A DNA stretch of 47,681 bases from Ministeria vibrans ATCC 50519. Taxonomy: Eukaryota; Protista; Filasterea. The notes beneath the pieces are model-generated. The model did not search any database. It saw only the letters and a list, made by a program, of their open reading frames with translations, and was not told the DNA's origin. Below, piece by piece: positions 1-13,564 of the stretch. Position 1 is the stretch's first letter. Every line of letters starts with the position of its first letter. The translations under genes and the position numbers were made by a program. The stretch covers positions 1 through 47,681 of the forward strand of contig CALSCP010002221.1 in assembly GCA_943704425.1 (NCBI GenBank), read 5' to 3'.

Positions 1-55
<55 letters not shown>

Positions 56-139
56 TAAAAGGAAGAAAGTGACAGAGAGTGTGAGAGAATCAAAGTGATA
101 GAGAGAGTCGGAAATTAACATTCCTCCCGTTTTGGTCAG

Positions 140-1056
140 ATCATTTTGGGGACTGGACATGACATGCGGGTGGACTGGTGGGCTGTCGGAGTGGTTACGT
201 TTGAGATGCTTATTGGCGTGCCTCCCTTTTATGATGGAAATCTACAGGTGAGTATATATTATATTGTTTGTGAGTGTGTGGAACTGAACATTTTCTTTAG
301 GCGACTTTTGAGAACATTTTGGCGCGAAAGATAGATTGGCCCGATGAACTATCGCCGCTTGCACGGGACTTTATTGACAAGCTACTTACAGTGGACTCTG
401 AAAAGAGACTGGGCAGGTAAAAAGTAATTGTGTGGGTGCGCTCATCTTTCTCTCCCTCCCTTTATCTGTGTTGACTTTTTTTTCTGATCATTTTATTTTT
501 ATTGTGTGTGTAAGTAGTATGGGCGCTGCTGAGGTCAAGGCTCACCCGTGGCTGGCTGACATTGACTGGGCCAATCTGGCGACACAACAGCCGCTCTTTG
601 TGCCTGCTGTTGAGGACGATGCTGACACTGCCAATTTTCAGGACACGGAGAGTGCAATTGTATGAATAAGAAAGAAAATGGAACGAATTCTAATGGATAT
701 ATGTTTGTGTTATAGGAGGGAATGGGAGCAGGCGAAGATGATGGAGATGAGATGACAGAGGAGCAGACGAAAATGTTGCACGATCCAGAAGGGTATGCAT
801 GCATGACAAACGAAGAATGCAGTCGCAGAGAAAAAGTGGATTGTGTGCTGATATTATTGCATTGTGTGTGTCTGTGTGTGTGTGTGTGTCTGGTTTTTAG
901 GTTTGGGAATTTCTCGTTTAAAAATCATTCATTGCTGGATTTGGAAAACAAGGCGGCAGCAGCAGCAACGAGTGAGACACAGTCAAAGCCAAGCAAAGAA
1001 GTGGTACGCTTTAGCGCTCTCTTTTTTTCTGTTTCTTTTTCTTTTCTGTTTCTTTT

Positions 1057-1152
<96 letters not shown>

Positions 1153-1714
1153 CGTCCTGTTTGTATTTACTGAATTGTTTTATTGTTTGTTTGTCTTTGG
1201 TCTCTTTTTTTCACTGCGTTAGGTTGTGAAGCCGAAGAAGAAGGGAAAGAGGAAGAAGGAAGAGAAGGAGATGAAAATTGATGTGCCAATGAGGTGTCTT
1301 ATGGCTGAGGTACTATCGCACACACACACAAAGAAAGACAAACACGCACATGCCACTGACACACACTGATAGGATAATCCTGTGACACAACGGATTGCGG
1401 AAGGGCTGATTAAGCAGATGGGGATTGAGCTTGAGCAAGCGTACAATGGTCTTGAAGCGGTTGAGAAGGCGTCCAAGACGCGGTTTGATTTGATTTTCAT
1501 GGACATTATGATGCCCGTCATGATGGGCACAGACGCGACCACCAAGATACGTGAAGGGGACGGGCCCAACAAGAAGACGCCCATTGTTGCCTTTACCGCC
1601 ATTGGGGACTCCAAGGAGGTCTGTCAGCACAACGGCTTTGATGATTTGCTCGTGAAGCCCTTTACCAAGGCCGAGTTATATAAGGTCGTGTTAGAGCACA
1701 CTCCGAAAATCTAA
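140..1714 (+). CDS. RIM15: Rim15/Greatwall(MAST)-type AGC Ser/Thr kinase with C-terminal response-regulator receiver domain (3' part, multi-exon; 5' outside window)
   Basis: Spliced exons give the kinase C-lobe DWWAVGVVTFEMLIGVPPFY...KRLG and AGC C-tail EVKAHPWL.DIDW..L.....FVP. They also give the Rim15-like motif FGNFSFKNHSLLDLENK and a REC domain CLMAEDNP...FDLIFMDIMMP...TPIVAFTA...LVKPF. GT-AG introns keep phase. Confidence 0.85.
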
Positions 1715-2277
1715 AAAAGTAGTATTCTAATGCACTATAGTAACAATTTTAATATTACAATTATTGTTACTCTAATAAATGAATTCAAGCTTTTATTGTT
1801 GTGACGAGTATTATACATTATAGCCTCATGACCAACGGGTTGTATCTCTTGAGTCTGTTGACTGTTGAGTGGCGAGCAATCCGTCGCCTAGTAAGATCAC
1901 ATTAGTCATTGCATTTTTCTTTGCACTGTTTTTTGACCGATTTTTATTTTCGACTTTTTTTTTAAGGACTTTCGCAAGAGGGTGATTTTTTTTCCTCCGA
2001 GTTCGTGTGATGATCAGGTAGAGTAAAATCAGTAAATGAGTGAAGGACTCAAGGACCAAGGTACTTCACTGACTTTCCCAGAACAATATCAGCGAATTCG
2101 GTGAAAACTAAAACTGACTGTGAAACAGATGATTAATTAATTTTTTATATTATTTCTGTTTAATTATTTTTTTTGGTTTTCTCCCTTCCCCCATTCACAC
2201 GAGAGGCTTTCTTGCCGTGTGCCTGCCATCCACCCCCTCACTTCCCCCTCTCGTGCACCGCCAGCCGACGCAGTCTC

Positions 2278-5200
2278 ATGGGGCGCGTTGTTTTCCTCTG
2301 CGCTCTCCTCTGCCTCTTCGGTCTCCCGCAAGTTCGCGCGTCATCGTGCACGCCGCTTCCAGTGCCGGGTGGCGCATCGATCACCAGGGACACACACATC
2401 GCAGCAGTCACCGTGCCCACCACCCAGCTCGTGGTCGTTTTCTTTACGGTATGTTAGATCGGACAGAGTTTGACGTAAAAAAGAAAAAAAAAAATATTGG
2501 AAATCTATAACGATCGCGCTTGCTTCCGCCGCGCCGCACACATCCTGTGACGATGTGGACAACAACGAATCGCGACTGATACCGTCTCATTTGGGTTTCG
2601 CTGAGGCGTGGTGTGCGTTTTGGTTTCGTTCTGCTGATGTTGTCATCTTCACACCTTCTTGCAGACGCCGGAGCTCAAGGCATACGCATGCAATGTTGAC
2701 GATACAGACGGGTCCACCTGTACCGTGCACGATATCGACAGTCTGGTCGGCGAAAATGGCTCCGCGTTGGGGTCACTCTCGGCAGTTGTGACGTCAACTT
2801 CCATCGTGGTCGTCGCTGAGAACATGGATCTGTACAGCCGCCCCGTCTTTTTCACCTGTCAGCATGACTTGAGTGCATGTATGTATATCAGTGGGAAATC
2901 GGCGCTGTACAGCGCGGGACAGGGAATGGTGAGTGTAATCTGTGACGTCTTTCTTCTGCCGCCTCTCCTCACCGCCTTCTCGTCTGCCTAGTCTCCCCGC
3001 ATGGTCACCAGCGGCCAGGATCTCTTCATAGTGTCTGGTTTAGATGCAGCGGGACCCCTCCTGACGCGTTGTGATACCTTACTTGTCGCGTGCACTGTGG
3101 TGCGACTGGACCACAACTACCCCTGGATTGTCTGGTCGCACACGGACGGTTACGACATTACGCTCGACACCAGGCGCGACGATGTGGTCATTGTTGGTCG
3201 CGACACGACCCACGCGAACGAGTCGAGTGTCATTCGCTGTAAAATGTCACTGACGCACAGCTCAGACTGTGAGTCGAGTGTCACCGTCGCCAGCGTCGGC
3301 GGTGCACCTCCCAACCCCACCAACACGGGCTTCCTCTCACGCGTCAACTTTCAAGACGAGAAGAAGCGCATTGTAGTGTCATCACTGGACGCAAGCACCC
3401 CCAGCGCACCTGTGTTGACCATCTCTCTGTGTGACGACACCATGGACTGGTGCTTCGTACTACAGCCTGACAACACACCACGCTACTTTTCGAATTACTC
3501 CACGGCGCTCCTGGACGATATTGGTCGATTCTTTGCCTTTGGGCGACAGAGCACTGGTTCATCGGCACTGGTTCAACTCACCTGCTCATCTCCTCAGCAA
3601 GGGTGCCACTACACTGAGAACCCCAACTTGGAGGTGAGCGACGCGCACGCACCTGTCCTCGCCTGGCACGACTCCACCCTCTTTGTCTCCTTCCTTGACG
3701 CGAGCGACTCAAATATTGAACTTGTCCGCTGCCCTGCACTCGCGTGTATCTCCAACCCGTGCCAAAATGGCGCGTCGTGCTCGAGCACCATCGACGGCAC
3801 TGAAACGTGTGCGTGTGTCGAAGGGTACACGGGCGTCCACTGCGACACCCTCATCGACGTATGCGCCTCGTCGCCTTGCCTCAACGGCGGCTCGTGCACA
3901 CAAAACGTAACTACGTTTGCCTGTGACTGCATCCTTGGCTTCAGTGGCTATGTGTGCTCCACCAATGTGACCCTGCTCGCCTCCACTACCACCTTCCTGC
4001 GCTCTGTCAACTCCACCACCCTCCTCTCCAGCGCGCTCTACTCCTCGGCCATGGACGCCTCCATGGATTCCGTCATGGACCTCGCTATCGACGACGCCTG
4101 GAAGACCGACTCGGACGAGACCACCGAGAGTACCCTCAAGACGATGAGTGACACTCTCCTCTCCGTCATGCGCTACGCCCTCCTCACCTCTTCCCGTGTC
4201 AACAACACCGAAATTTCTACACCCTCAGACACAGACACGGCGTTGCTGACCCAGGCCAAGCGACTCGCTCAGAACACCTTCCTCACCGTGAGCCACGTGC
4301 TCAAGCCACAGAACATGCGCATTGTCACAAAGGTCAACCAGGGCTCGCGTCTTGCCTATGCCAATGAGTGCTCTCTGCGCGTCCTTAGCGTCGTCGAGGC
4401 GTGCAACAACGTCTCCAGCTTGACTGCCGGCACACTCTCCGCCACCGTTTCCCGCATTAGCTCCGCCACCAACCTTACAGGATTATGGCGCTCGCGGAGC
4501 TCCTCTCAAGCTTTTGTCAGTGTCCCGTCCTCATTTGGCGCTGAAGCGGGCTTGGCCACGCGCAACCAGTGCGATCTTTCAGTTGAGACGGCCCTCTACG
4601 AGACTTCCCCGTTCCCCATTGTCGCTGCTGATGCACTACACACGCCTCTCTCGGTTGCATCGCCTGTGCTTTCCTTCGCTATCAACAGCGACTCGCCCAT
4701 TGAAAACCTGAGCGATGCCGCGAGTGTCCTCATTACTCTTCCCATCAGCAGCATCAGCAGCGCCACCACAGGCACTCCTCAGTGCTACTTCTGGTCCTAC
4801 CGTCTCCAAGGCTGGTCTCGCGACGGCTGCGTCAAGACAGCCGAGACTCCCACATCTATCACGTGCCGCTGTAGTCATCTCACCAACTTCGCCGTGCTTT
4901 TTGACCCAACCTCGTCTCTCGACGCCTCATCGAGTGTTTACCGTGCCACCGAAGTGCTCAGCTGGATCTCGTGCATTGTCTCGTCGCTGGGCTGTCTCGG
5001 CTTTCTCATTATGTACTCGGTGCTTCCGCAACTGCGCAGCTTCTCTGTTGTCTTCACCATGCACTTGTGCGTCGCCCTCATTGGCGTCAACATCCTTGTC
5101 GTTGCCGCACTCGAACAGACCGCTATCCCTCTCCTCTGTCGCTCCCTCAAGCTCGTTCTCTACTACTTTCTTGTCGCTGCCTTCTTGTGGATGCTCACCA

Positions 5201-6729
5201 TTGCCGTGTACATCTACCGCACACTCGAGCGGGTACCAAAGGAGACGCGCACGCAACGACGCACCATTGTCCTGCTTGTGTGGGTGCTTTCGCTTGTCCC
5301 GCCGATCATTGTCGCTGTCATTGACACGGTCATTGGCGACACGACCAGCTCGACCATTTGTTGGTTTGGCACGCAGACGTCGCTTCTTGCCGCCTTTGTC
5401 ATTCCCTTGGGCGTCATTCTATTGTTCAATGTGATCATTCTCGCGCTCAGTCTGCGCATCTTCTACCAGTCCTTCCGCGCACGCACCTCTGCGTCCCTGT
5501 CGCGTCGTCGCCAGATTCTCATGCACATTCGAGTGGGCGCACTTCTCGCTGTGACAGTGGGCGCTACATGGGTTGCAGCGTACGTCGCACTGGCTGCCGA
5601 CGTTGCTGCGCTCTGGCTGCTCTTCACCATTCTCAATGGCTGTCAGGGCGTTGTCATCTTTGCCGCGTACTGTTTGCCGAAGCGTGTCCGTCGCGAGTTC
5701 CGTCTCGTCTATGCATCGTGGCGCAGCGAACGCGACTCGCAGCGCTCCAAGTCCAGTGGACACCATCAAGACGAGAAGCACGGGAAGCAGAAGAGCAAGG
5801 AGCAGCAGAAGAAGGACCATACTAAGAGCAAGAGCAAGAGCAAGAGCAAGAGCAAGACGTCCGAGACCACAAGCGACAACCACCGTGGCTCGCCAGTGGC
5901 CCTGCGTGGTGCTGAGGCCCGCTGCCCCAGTTCGCCTCCCGCTGCGCATGTGGGAGGTCGTGTCTTTGGTGACCCTTCCTTGTCCGTTGTTGTGGCGAGT
6001 GGTGCTGGCACACCGCCCCGCTCTCCGTCGGCTACGCAACAGCAGCAGCAAGAACAGCTGCAACGTAAGTTCGTGTCGTTTTCACGTCCACCTTTGAGCG
6101 GTGCGTTTGACCAACCGGCGACTATGGCACAGTCTGAGTGGATGACTCACTCGCATGCAGTACGCGCAAGTGAGATGTTGGGCGAGGGGATGGGTCAAGG
6201 CGGAGGTGGAGGCGTCATTGAAGACCACGATACGGCGAGCGAATGTGCGTCCGAGTGGATGACGCAGAGCATGACCTCTGCGGCGTCTCATCACACCGCC
6301 ACCAAGGCAAGTCCCAGTGCGAGTGCGGGACGCAAGTCGCGTCTCACCAGCTACATCACTCCCAACAACTGCGATGCGGATATTTTCGAGCTTTCCGCGA
6401 TTGGTGAGGCGCCGCAAGTGTCACGGTCACGTTGGTCCCCGCCCGTCTCCACCTACGAGCACAACCCGACCGAATGGGTCTCGATGAGCGACGACGACCT
6501 TGCCTCGCTGCAGCTCGAGCCCCTTATGAGCACCGCCTCCCCCTTATCCTCTCCGCATCTCACTCGCGCCCCCCCTTCTCGCGAGTCCTCCACCCACAGC
6601 AACTCCATTGCCGCCCAGCTCGTCCGCCTTCGCCCCACGGATCTCCTTAGCTTGTCTAGTACTACTCCAACCGTCATCTGTGCTTTGGAAGAACCCGAGG
6701 CCGAGTGGTACTCTAGCGAGTTCTTCTGA
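2278..6729 (+). CDS. Adhesion GPCR (signal peptide, Cys-hairpin repeats, 2 EGF-like, GAIN/GPS, 7TM, long low-complexity tail); exons 2278-2448, 2665-2928, 2992-6729
   Basis: Signal peptide MGRVVFLCALLCLFGLPQVRA; EGF repeats CISNPCQNGASC and CASSPCLNGGSC; GPS motif CYFW...W..DGC...CRCSHL/TNFAVL; seven hydrophobic helices with class B2-like LNGCQGVVIF. Introns are phase-0 GT-AG. Confidence 0.92.
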
Positions 6730-6944
6730 GATTGTATACTTCTCTCTCAACTTTTAACTGTTTTTTGTTGTTCTTGTAACATAATATTATTATTAAGCCG
6801 TTCATCATTAAAATACACGAACATCAGTCATTCTGCGCCATACTTCAAATTTTTTTTTTTTGTAAATTTCGGTTGAGTTGATTCACGCTTCATTTTTTTC
6901 TTCGATAAATGGGAGAGAGAGAGAGACAGAGAGGGACAAAAACG

Positions 6945-8565
<1,621 letters not shown>

Positions 8566-9037
8566 CTGTTGAAGACGATAGAAAACGACAAAATGTTGAG
8601 TTTTTTTATATATATAATATATTATTGATGAAGACATTTTAACAACCATCATAAATGATGGAAAGTGATGCGACACGAGGAGGGGGCGAGAAAAGGAAAA
8701 TGACAAAGCGAAAAGGAGAAAACAAGAAAAATGAAAATGACAAATGATTCCCAAGAAACACACTGGGGGCAGAATCAAGCCAGGCGGGTGGACGAGATCC
8801 ATCGGATGGTACGATGGGACGATGCGAGGGCATGGAGAGGGCGGGCTAGCAAGGGGAACGGGTTGAAAGCGCGACGACACGTTCCTTTGCGTTTTTGGCG
8901 ACTTGCCAGCGGTTGAGCGAAGGGGTTTTGGAGCGTACACTGTTCGCATAGAACCCATGTAGGCAGTGGTGGATCGAAAATGCTCGATGGAGGCCATAAA
9001 GTAACGCTTTTTTCGAAATGAATCGAACGAGCGAGAG

Positions 9038-9082
<45 letters not shown>

Positions 9083-9131
9083 TATTATTATTATAATTAT
9101 GATTAATACGTTTGAGTGTTTGATACACATA

Positions 9132-10439
9132 CCCTTGAGCGCAAGCATACGATCAAAGCTAAACTTGTAGTCTTGCGTGCGTGTGTTGGACAAGTCGGCA
9201 TACTTGACGGCGCCGTACGCCACCGACTCCATGGCCAAGCGGTGCGCCTCGTCGCTCAGTCCCTGGTCGCCGCTATCTCGGCTCGCCTCGTCTGCACGAT
9301 TCAACGCCTCGTCCAGCAGATCCACCAGACGCACGGTGTCGCCCGAGCGCGTTTTGAATTTCTATAAAGATAATTCAAATGATCCCTCTTCACCTCCCTC
9401 TGTTTGTCTACCTTTGAATCTTCACCGAGCACCACACCAAACGCAACATGGTCAACGCGCGTCTTGTCTGCGCTGTAGTAGCCCGCACGACGAGCACACT
9501 TGAACACATTCTCAAAGTGCAACGACTGACCCTACACCACCCAACAAAAATGCAAAACACATTCTTAGTCATGTGATGTCAGTCAATCGTTCCCCTTTCC
9601 TACCGAGTCGACAACGTAGATGAGCCAGTCGGCCTTGTCCTCCTCTAGCCGGTACTTGAGTGCCGCCATGTCACTTGTGTCGTACGTGAATCCGCCATCC
9701 GTCTTCACCACAGTCAATGGCACGCCTACGCCACAACAGTCCTCGTCTCAGGCAAACCAACTCCAGCAATGTTGTAACTATCATCATCTCACCTTCGTGC
9801 TTCTCGTCAGTAAACATGAGATACCTTCCCTCCTCCAACTCCAGCAGACCCTTCTTCTTGAGGTCCTCCACCACGCAGCCCATCTGGCTCTGGTAGAAGC
9901 TCTCACCGCGCTCCGTCAGCGTCACCTCCAGTCGCTGGTAGATTTTCATAAACTCGGCGCGGCTCACGTCGCAGATGAGCGTCCAGCCTTTACGCGTCTT
10001 GGCGTCGCCCGCCTGCAGCTGCACGACCCGCTCGTAAGCCCGCTTCTTAAAGTCGGGCTCCTCGTCAAACCGCCTAACAGGGACAAAGTCAGTGGATTGT
10101 GCTGTGTCGATTCTGTAGACCAAACACTCGTAGACACTGATTGAGATGAAATCGCGATCGATTCGTTTGAGGGATTCGCTTGCAATTTAAGAAACACCCT
10201 CCTTTCCAGTTTGAATGTAGTAATGAAAGTGATTTTCAGTTTTTCACACACACGCAGAGTGCCCCCAAAATTAATTAAGAAATTGATACAATAATAATTT
10301 AATAGAATAAAAATAAACGAGAGCTAAAATAATAATAAAAATTATATTAGACGAAAATAACTTACGTTTTGGATTGCTTGTAAAAAGCCTGAAGATCACC
10401 AATGGGAGGAGAGACAGTGTCGTAGTTAGGGAACTTATC
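9132..10439 (-). CDS. RARS1: Cytosolic-type arginyl-tRNA synthetase, internal fragment (both ends missing in assembly)
   Basis: [92 protein letters not shown] across spliced exons. Confidence 0.92.
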
Positions 10440-10473
10440 CTACACACACACGGGTAAGTCACACAGAAAAACA

Positions 10474-10583
<110 letters not shown>

Positions 10584-10599
10584 NNNNNNNNNNAAAAAA

Positions 10600-10638
<39 letters not shown>

Positions 10639-10669
10639 CTCATTTGCAAAAAACGGGCGATTTCGTCAG

Positions 10670-12797
10670 GTGTTTATGGTGGGCGCAGGGGGCATTGGCT
10701 GCGAGCTGCTGAAGAATCTGGTTCTGTCGGGCTTCCGTGACATCCACATTATTGATTTGGACACGATTGGTAAGGGCAGACGGCTCTGGAGACAATCGCT
10801 GATCGTCTGTGTTTCGTCCGTTGGCCGTTTCGCTCGCGCGCTCTCTCTCTCTCTCTCTCTCTTTGTGCTCAGACGTGAGCAACTTGAATCGCCAGTTCCT
10901 CTTCCGAAAGGAGCATGTGGGCAAGTCCAAGGCAGTCATTGCTCGAGGTGAGCGGCACAGCGAGTGGAGAGCGACAAACGCACTTCTCACTCAGTTATTG
11001 ATTGATTGTCTGTCTGTGGCGCAGAGAGTGCACTTCGCTTCAATCCCAATGTCAATATTGTGGCGCATCATGGAAACGTCAAGGTGAGCGCCCCACCCCA
11101 CCCCACCTCACTCCCCCTGCCATTAGAGACGAAGAGGAGGGCGCTGCGAGTGCGACTGATCATTTCGCTGTTCTCCTTGTCTCTTAGTCGACCGAGTTTG
11201 GCGTGCGCTTCTTCAAGCAGTTCTCACTCGTCTTCAATGCACTGGACAACGTGAGCGCACGTCGCCACGTGAATCGCATGTGTCTTGCTGCTGAAATTCC
11301 TCTTATTGAAAGTGGCTCGGGCGGTTATGCGGGGCAGGTATAGAACAAGTGTGGCTAAAGCGTCTGACGGATGAAAACTCTTTCCCATGTTTCAGGTGAC
11401 TGTCATCATGAAGAACAAGTCTGAGTGCTACGAGTGCAACCCCAAGCCAGCACCCAAGCAGCACGCAGTGTGCACCATTCGCAACACACCCAGTGCGCCC
11501 GTCCACTGTGTCGTCTGGGCCAAATTCCTTTTCCAACAGCTGTTTGGGCGCGCCGACGACGAGAACGACGTGTCGCCCGACATGGTCGACCCTGAAGCGG
11601 CCAACGAGGACGGTACGGCGACAGCAGCACCATCCAATGAACACACAACACTGCGGACGTGGGCCCACGAGCAGCAGTTTGACCCTGAGACTCTCTTTGA
11701 CCGGCTGTTCCACCACGATGTGGCATCGTTGCTCGCAATGGAGCGTCTGTGGCAGCGCAGACGCAAGCCAAGCATGCTGTGCTACCACGACGCCCTCAGC
11801 TTGTAAGAAGAAGAAGAATATTTCTTCCTCACGTGAATGCGTGGTTGAATGATTTTTGAACATAGGGAGGAAACGGGCGCCAGTGATGCACCAGAGACGT
11901 CCAAGAGTGAAAAGGACACAAAGCTAACGGCACAGCGATTGTGGACAATGCGGGAGTGCGCACAGGAGTTTGTTGCCACCACTAAACGACTGAGGTGGGG
12001 GGAGATTGATTGGCACCGTACCATTCGAATTGAATAGACTCATTTTGGTTGTTGTTGTTAGGGAGCGATTTGTTGCGCTTGAGTCGGAATATGCACAGAA
12101 GGGGAGTGATCTGGGGGAAGTGGCCCTGGACTGGGACAAGGACGACGTAGACGCACTGCGCTTTGTATGTGCTGCGTCCAATCTGCGCTCAAGGGCCTTT
12201 GGCATTCCCACAAAAAGCCTTTTTGATGTCAAGTCTATTGCGGGTAAACAGGTGACTGGTCCAGAGTGAGCCTTGATGGTGTGATTGGATTGTGTAGGGA
12301 ACATTATTCCTGCAATTGCGACTGTAAACGCAATGGTGGCGGGACTAGTCGTGATTGAAGCGATCAAAATCCTCACACACACTCCCTCGACCGACTCCTC
12401 TCCTCGGCGAGCGAGACGAGTGCGAATGTGAGTGAGTGCCGTACGACGTATCTGACGCGTCAGCCGAATCGTGTCAAGCGCCTGTTGTTGGTCTCGCCAC
12501 TCTATCCGCCTAATAAGAACTGCTTTGTTTGCTCTCGTCATGAACTGAGTGTCACGCTTAATCTCAATCAGATGCAATTAGGTCAGTGGCGCAAAAGGAA
12601 AAGCCAAAAATAATGATTAATTATTTTATTATTTTTATTTTTATTATTATTATCAATATTCTTATTATTTTATTAATGTCGATTGTGCGTAGGGAATTTT
12701 GCTGAGAAGGTTCTGAAAGAGCGACTGAACATGAACGAACCGGAGTTGATGAAAGGCGGAACGTAACCAGAGCGAAACAGGAAAGAGAGAACCACTA

Positions 12798-12857
<60 letters not shown>

Positions 12858-13354
12858 CTTCTCTTGCAGGATTTTAGTGTCGTGCGAAGAAGAAGATGAG
12901 AGTGGGGATGAACGGAAGCGACGAGAAGGACAGCTGTTGAAGACGTTTAACAGTGTTGGAGTGTGTGATGGGGAGGTGTTGGCTGCGTCGGATGCATTAC
13001 AAGTACGAAATCACACCGATTTGTACAGTCAGACAATGAGAGACGCTTGAACTCTCTCCTATTTGTGTGCAGGATCTTGATTTGAACATCTCCATTATTC
13101 ACTCTGAAGAGCTGTGCGGAAGTGAGTTTCTGTTTGAAGGAGAAGTACCGGAAGCGAAACGAAGCGCAACAGCAACAACGACAGCGACAGCGAATGAAAC
13201 GGATGTCAAGGTGGACTCTGACGATGAGCTGTGTGAGGTGACGACTGTCGTGCGCAGTAAGAAACGAAAGTCCGATGATGAGAGTACTGCGGATGGAGGT
13301 GTTGTTGATGACAAGGGTGCCACTGTGATTACAGTAAAAAAAGCAAAAATTTAA
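10670..13354 (+). CDS. UBA2: SUMO-activating enzyme subunit 2 (first exon lost near gap)
   Basis: [43 protein letters not shown], catalytic [43 protein letters not shown], and an acidic/basic C-tail. Confidence 0.95.
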
Positions 13355-13564
13355 TTCTGTTTCATTGTCATTCGGAAGATGTCTTTTTTTTTTTTTTTTT
13401 TTTTNNNNNNNNNNGGGGGGGGGGTTTGGAACGAAATATTGTTGCTTAAAAGCGAGCAAATGCGCCGGAACTGTTCTTTCCAGATCTGCGAGAGGACTCT
13501 TCGCCAACCGCCTAAACATCCAAAGTGATGATGATGAGAAAAGACAGCACGAAAAATATGGAAC

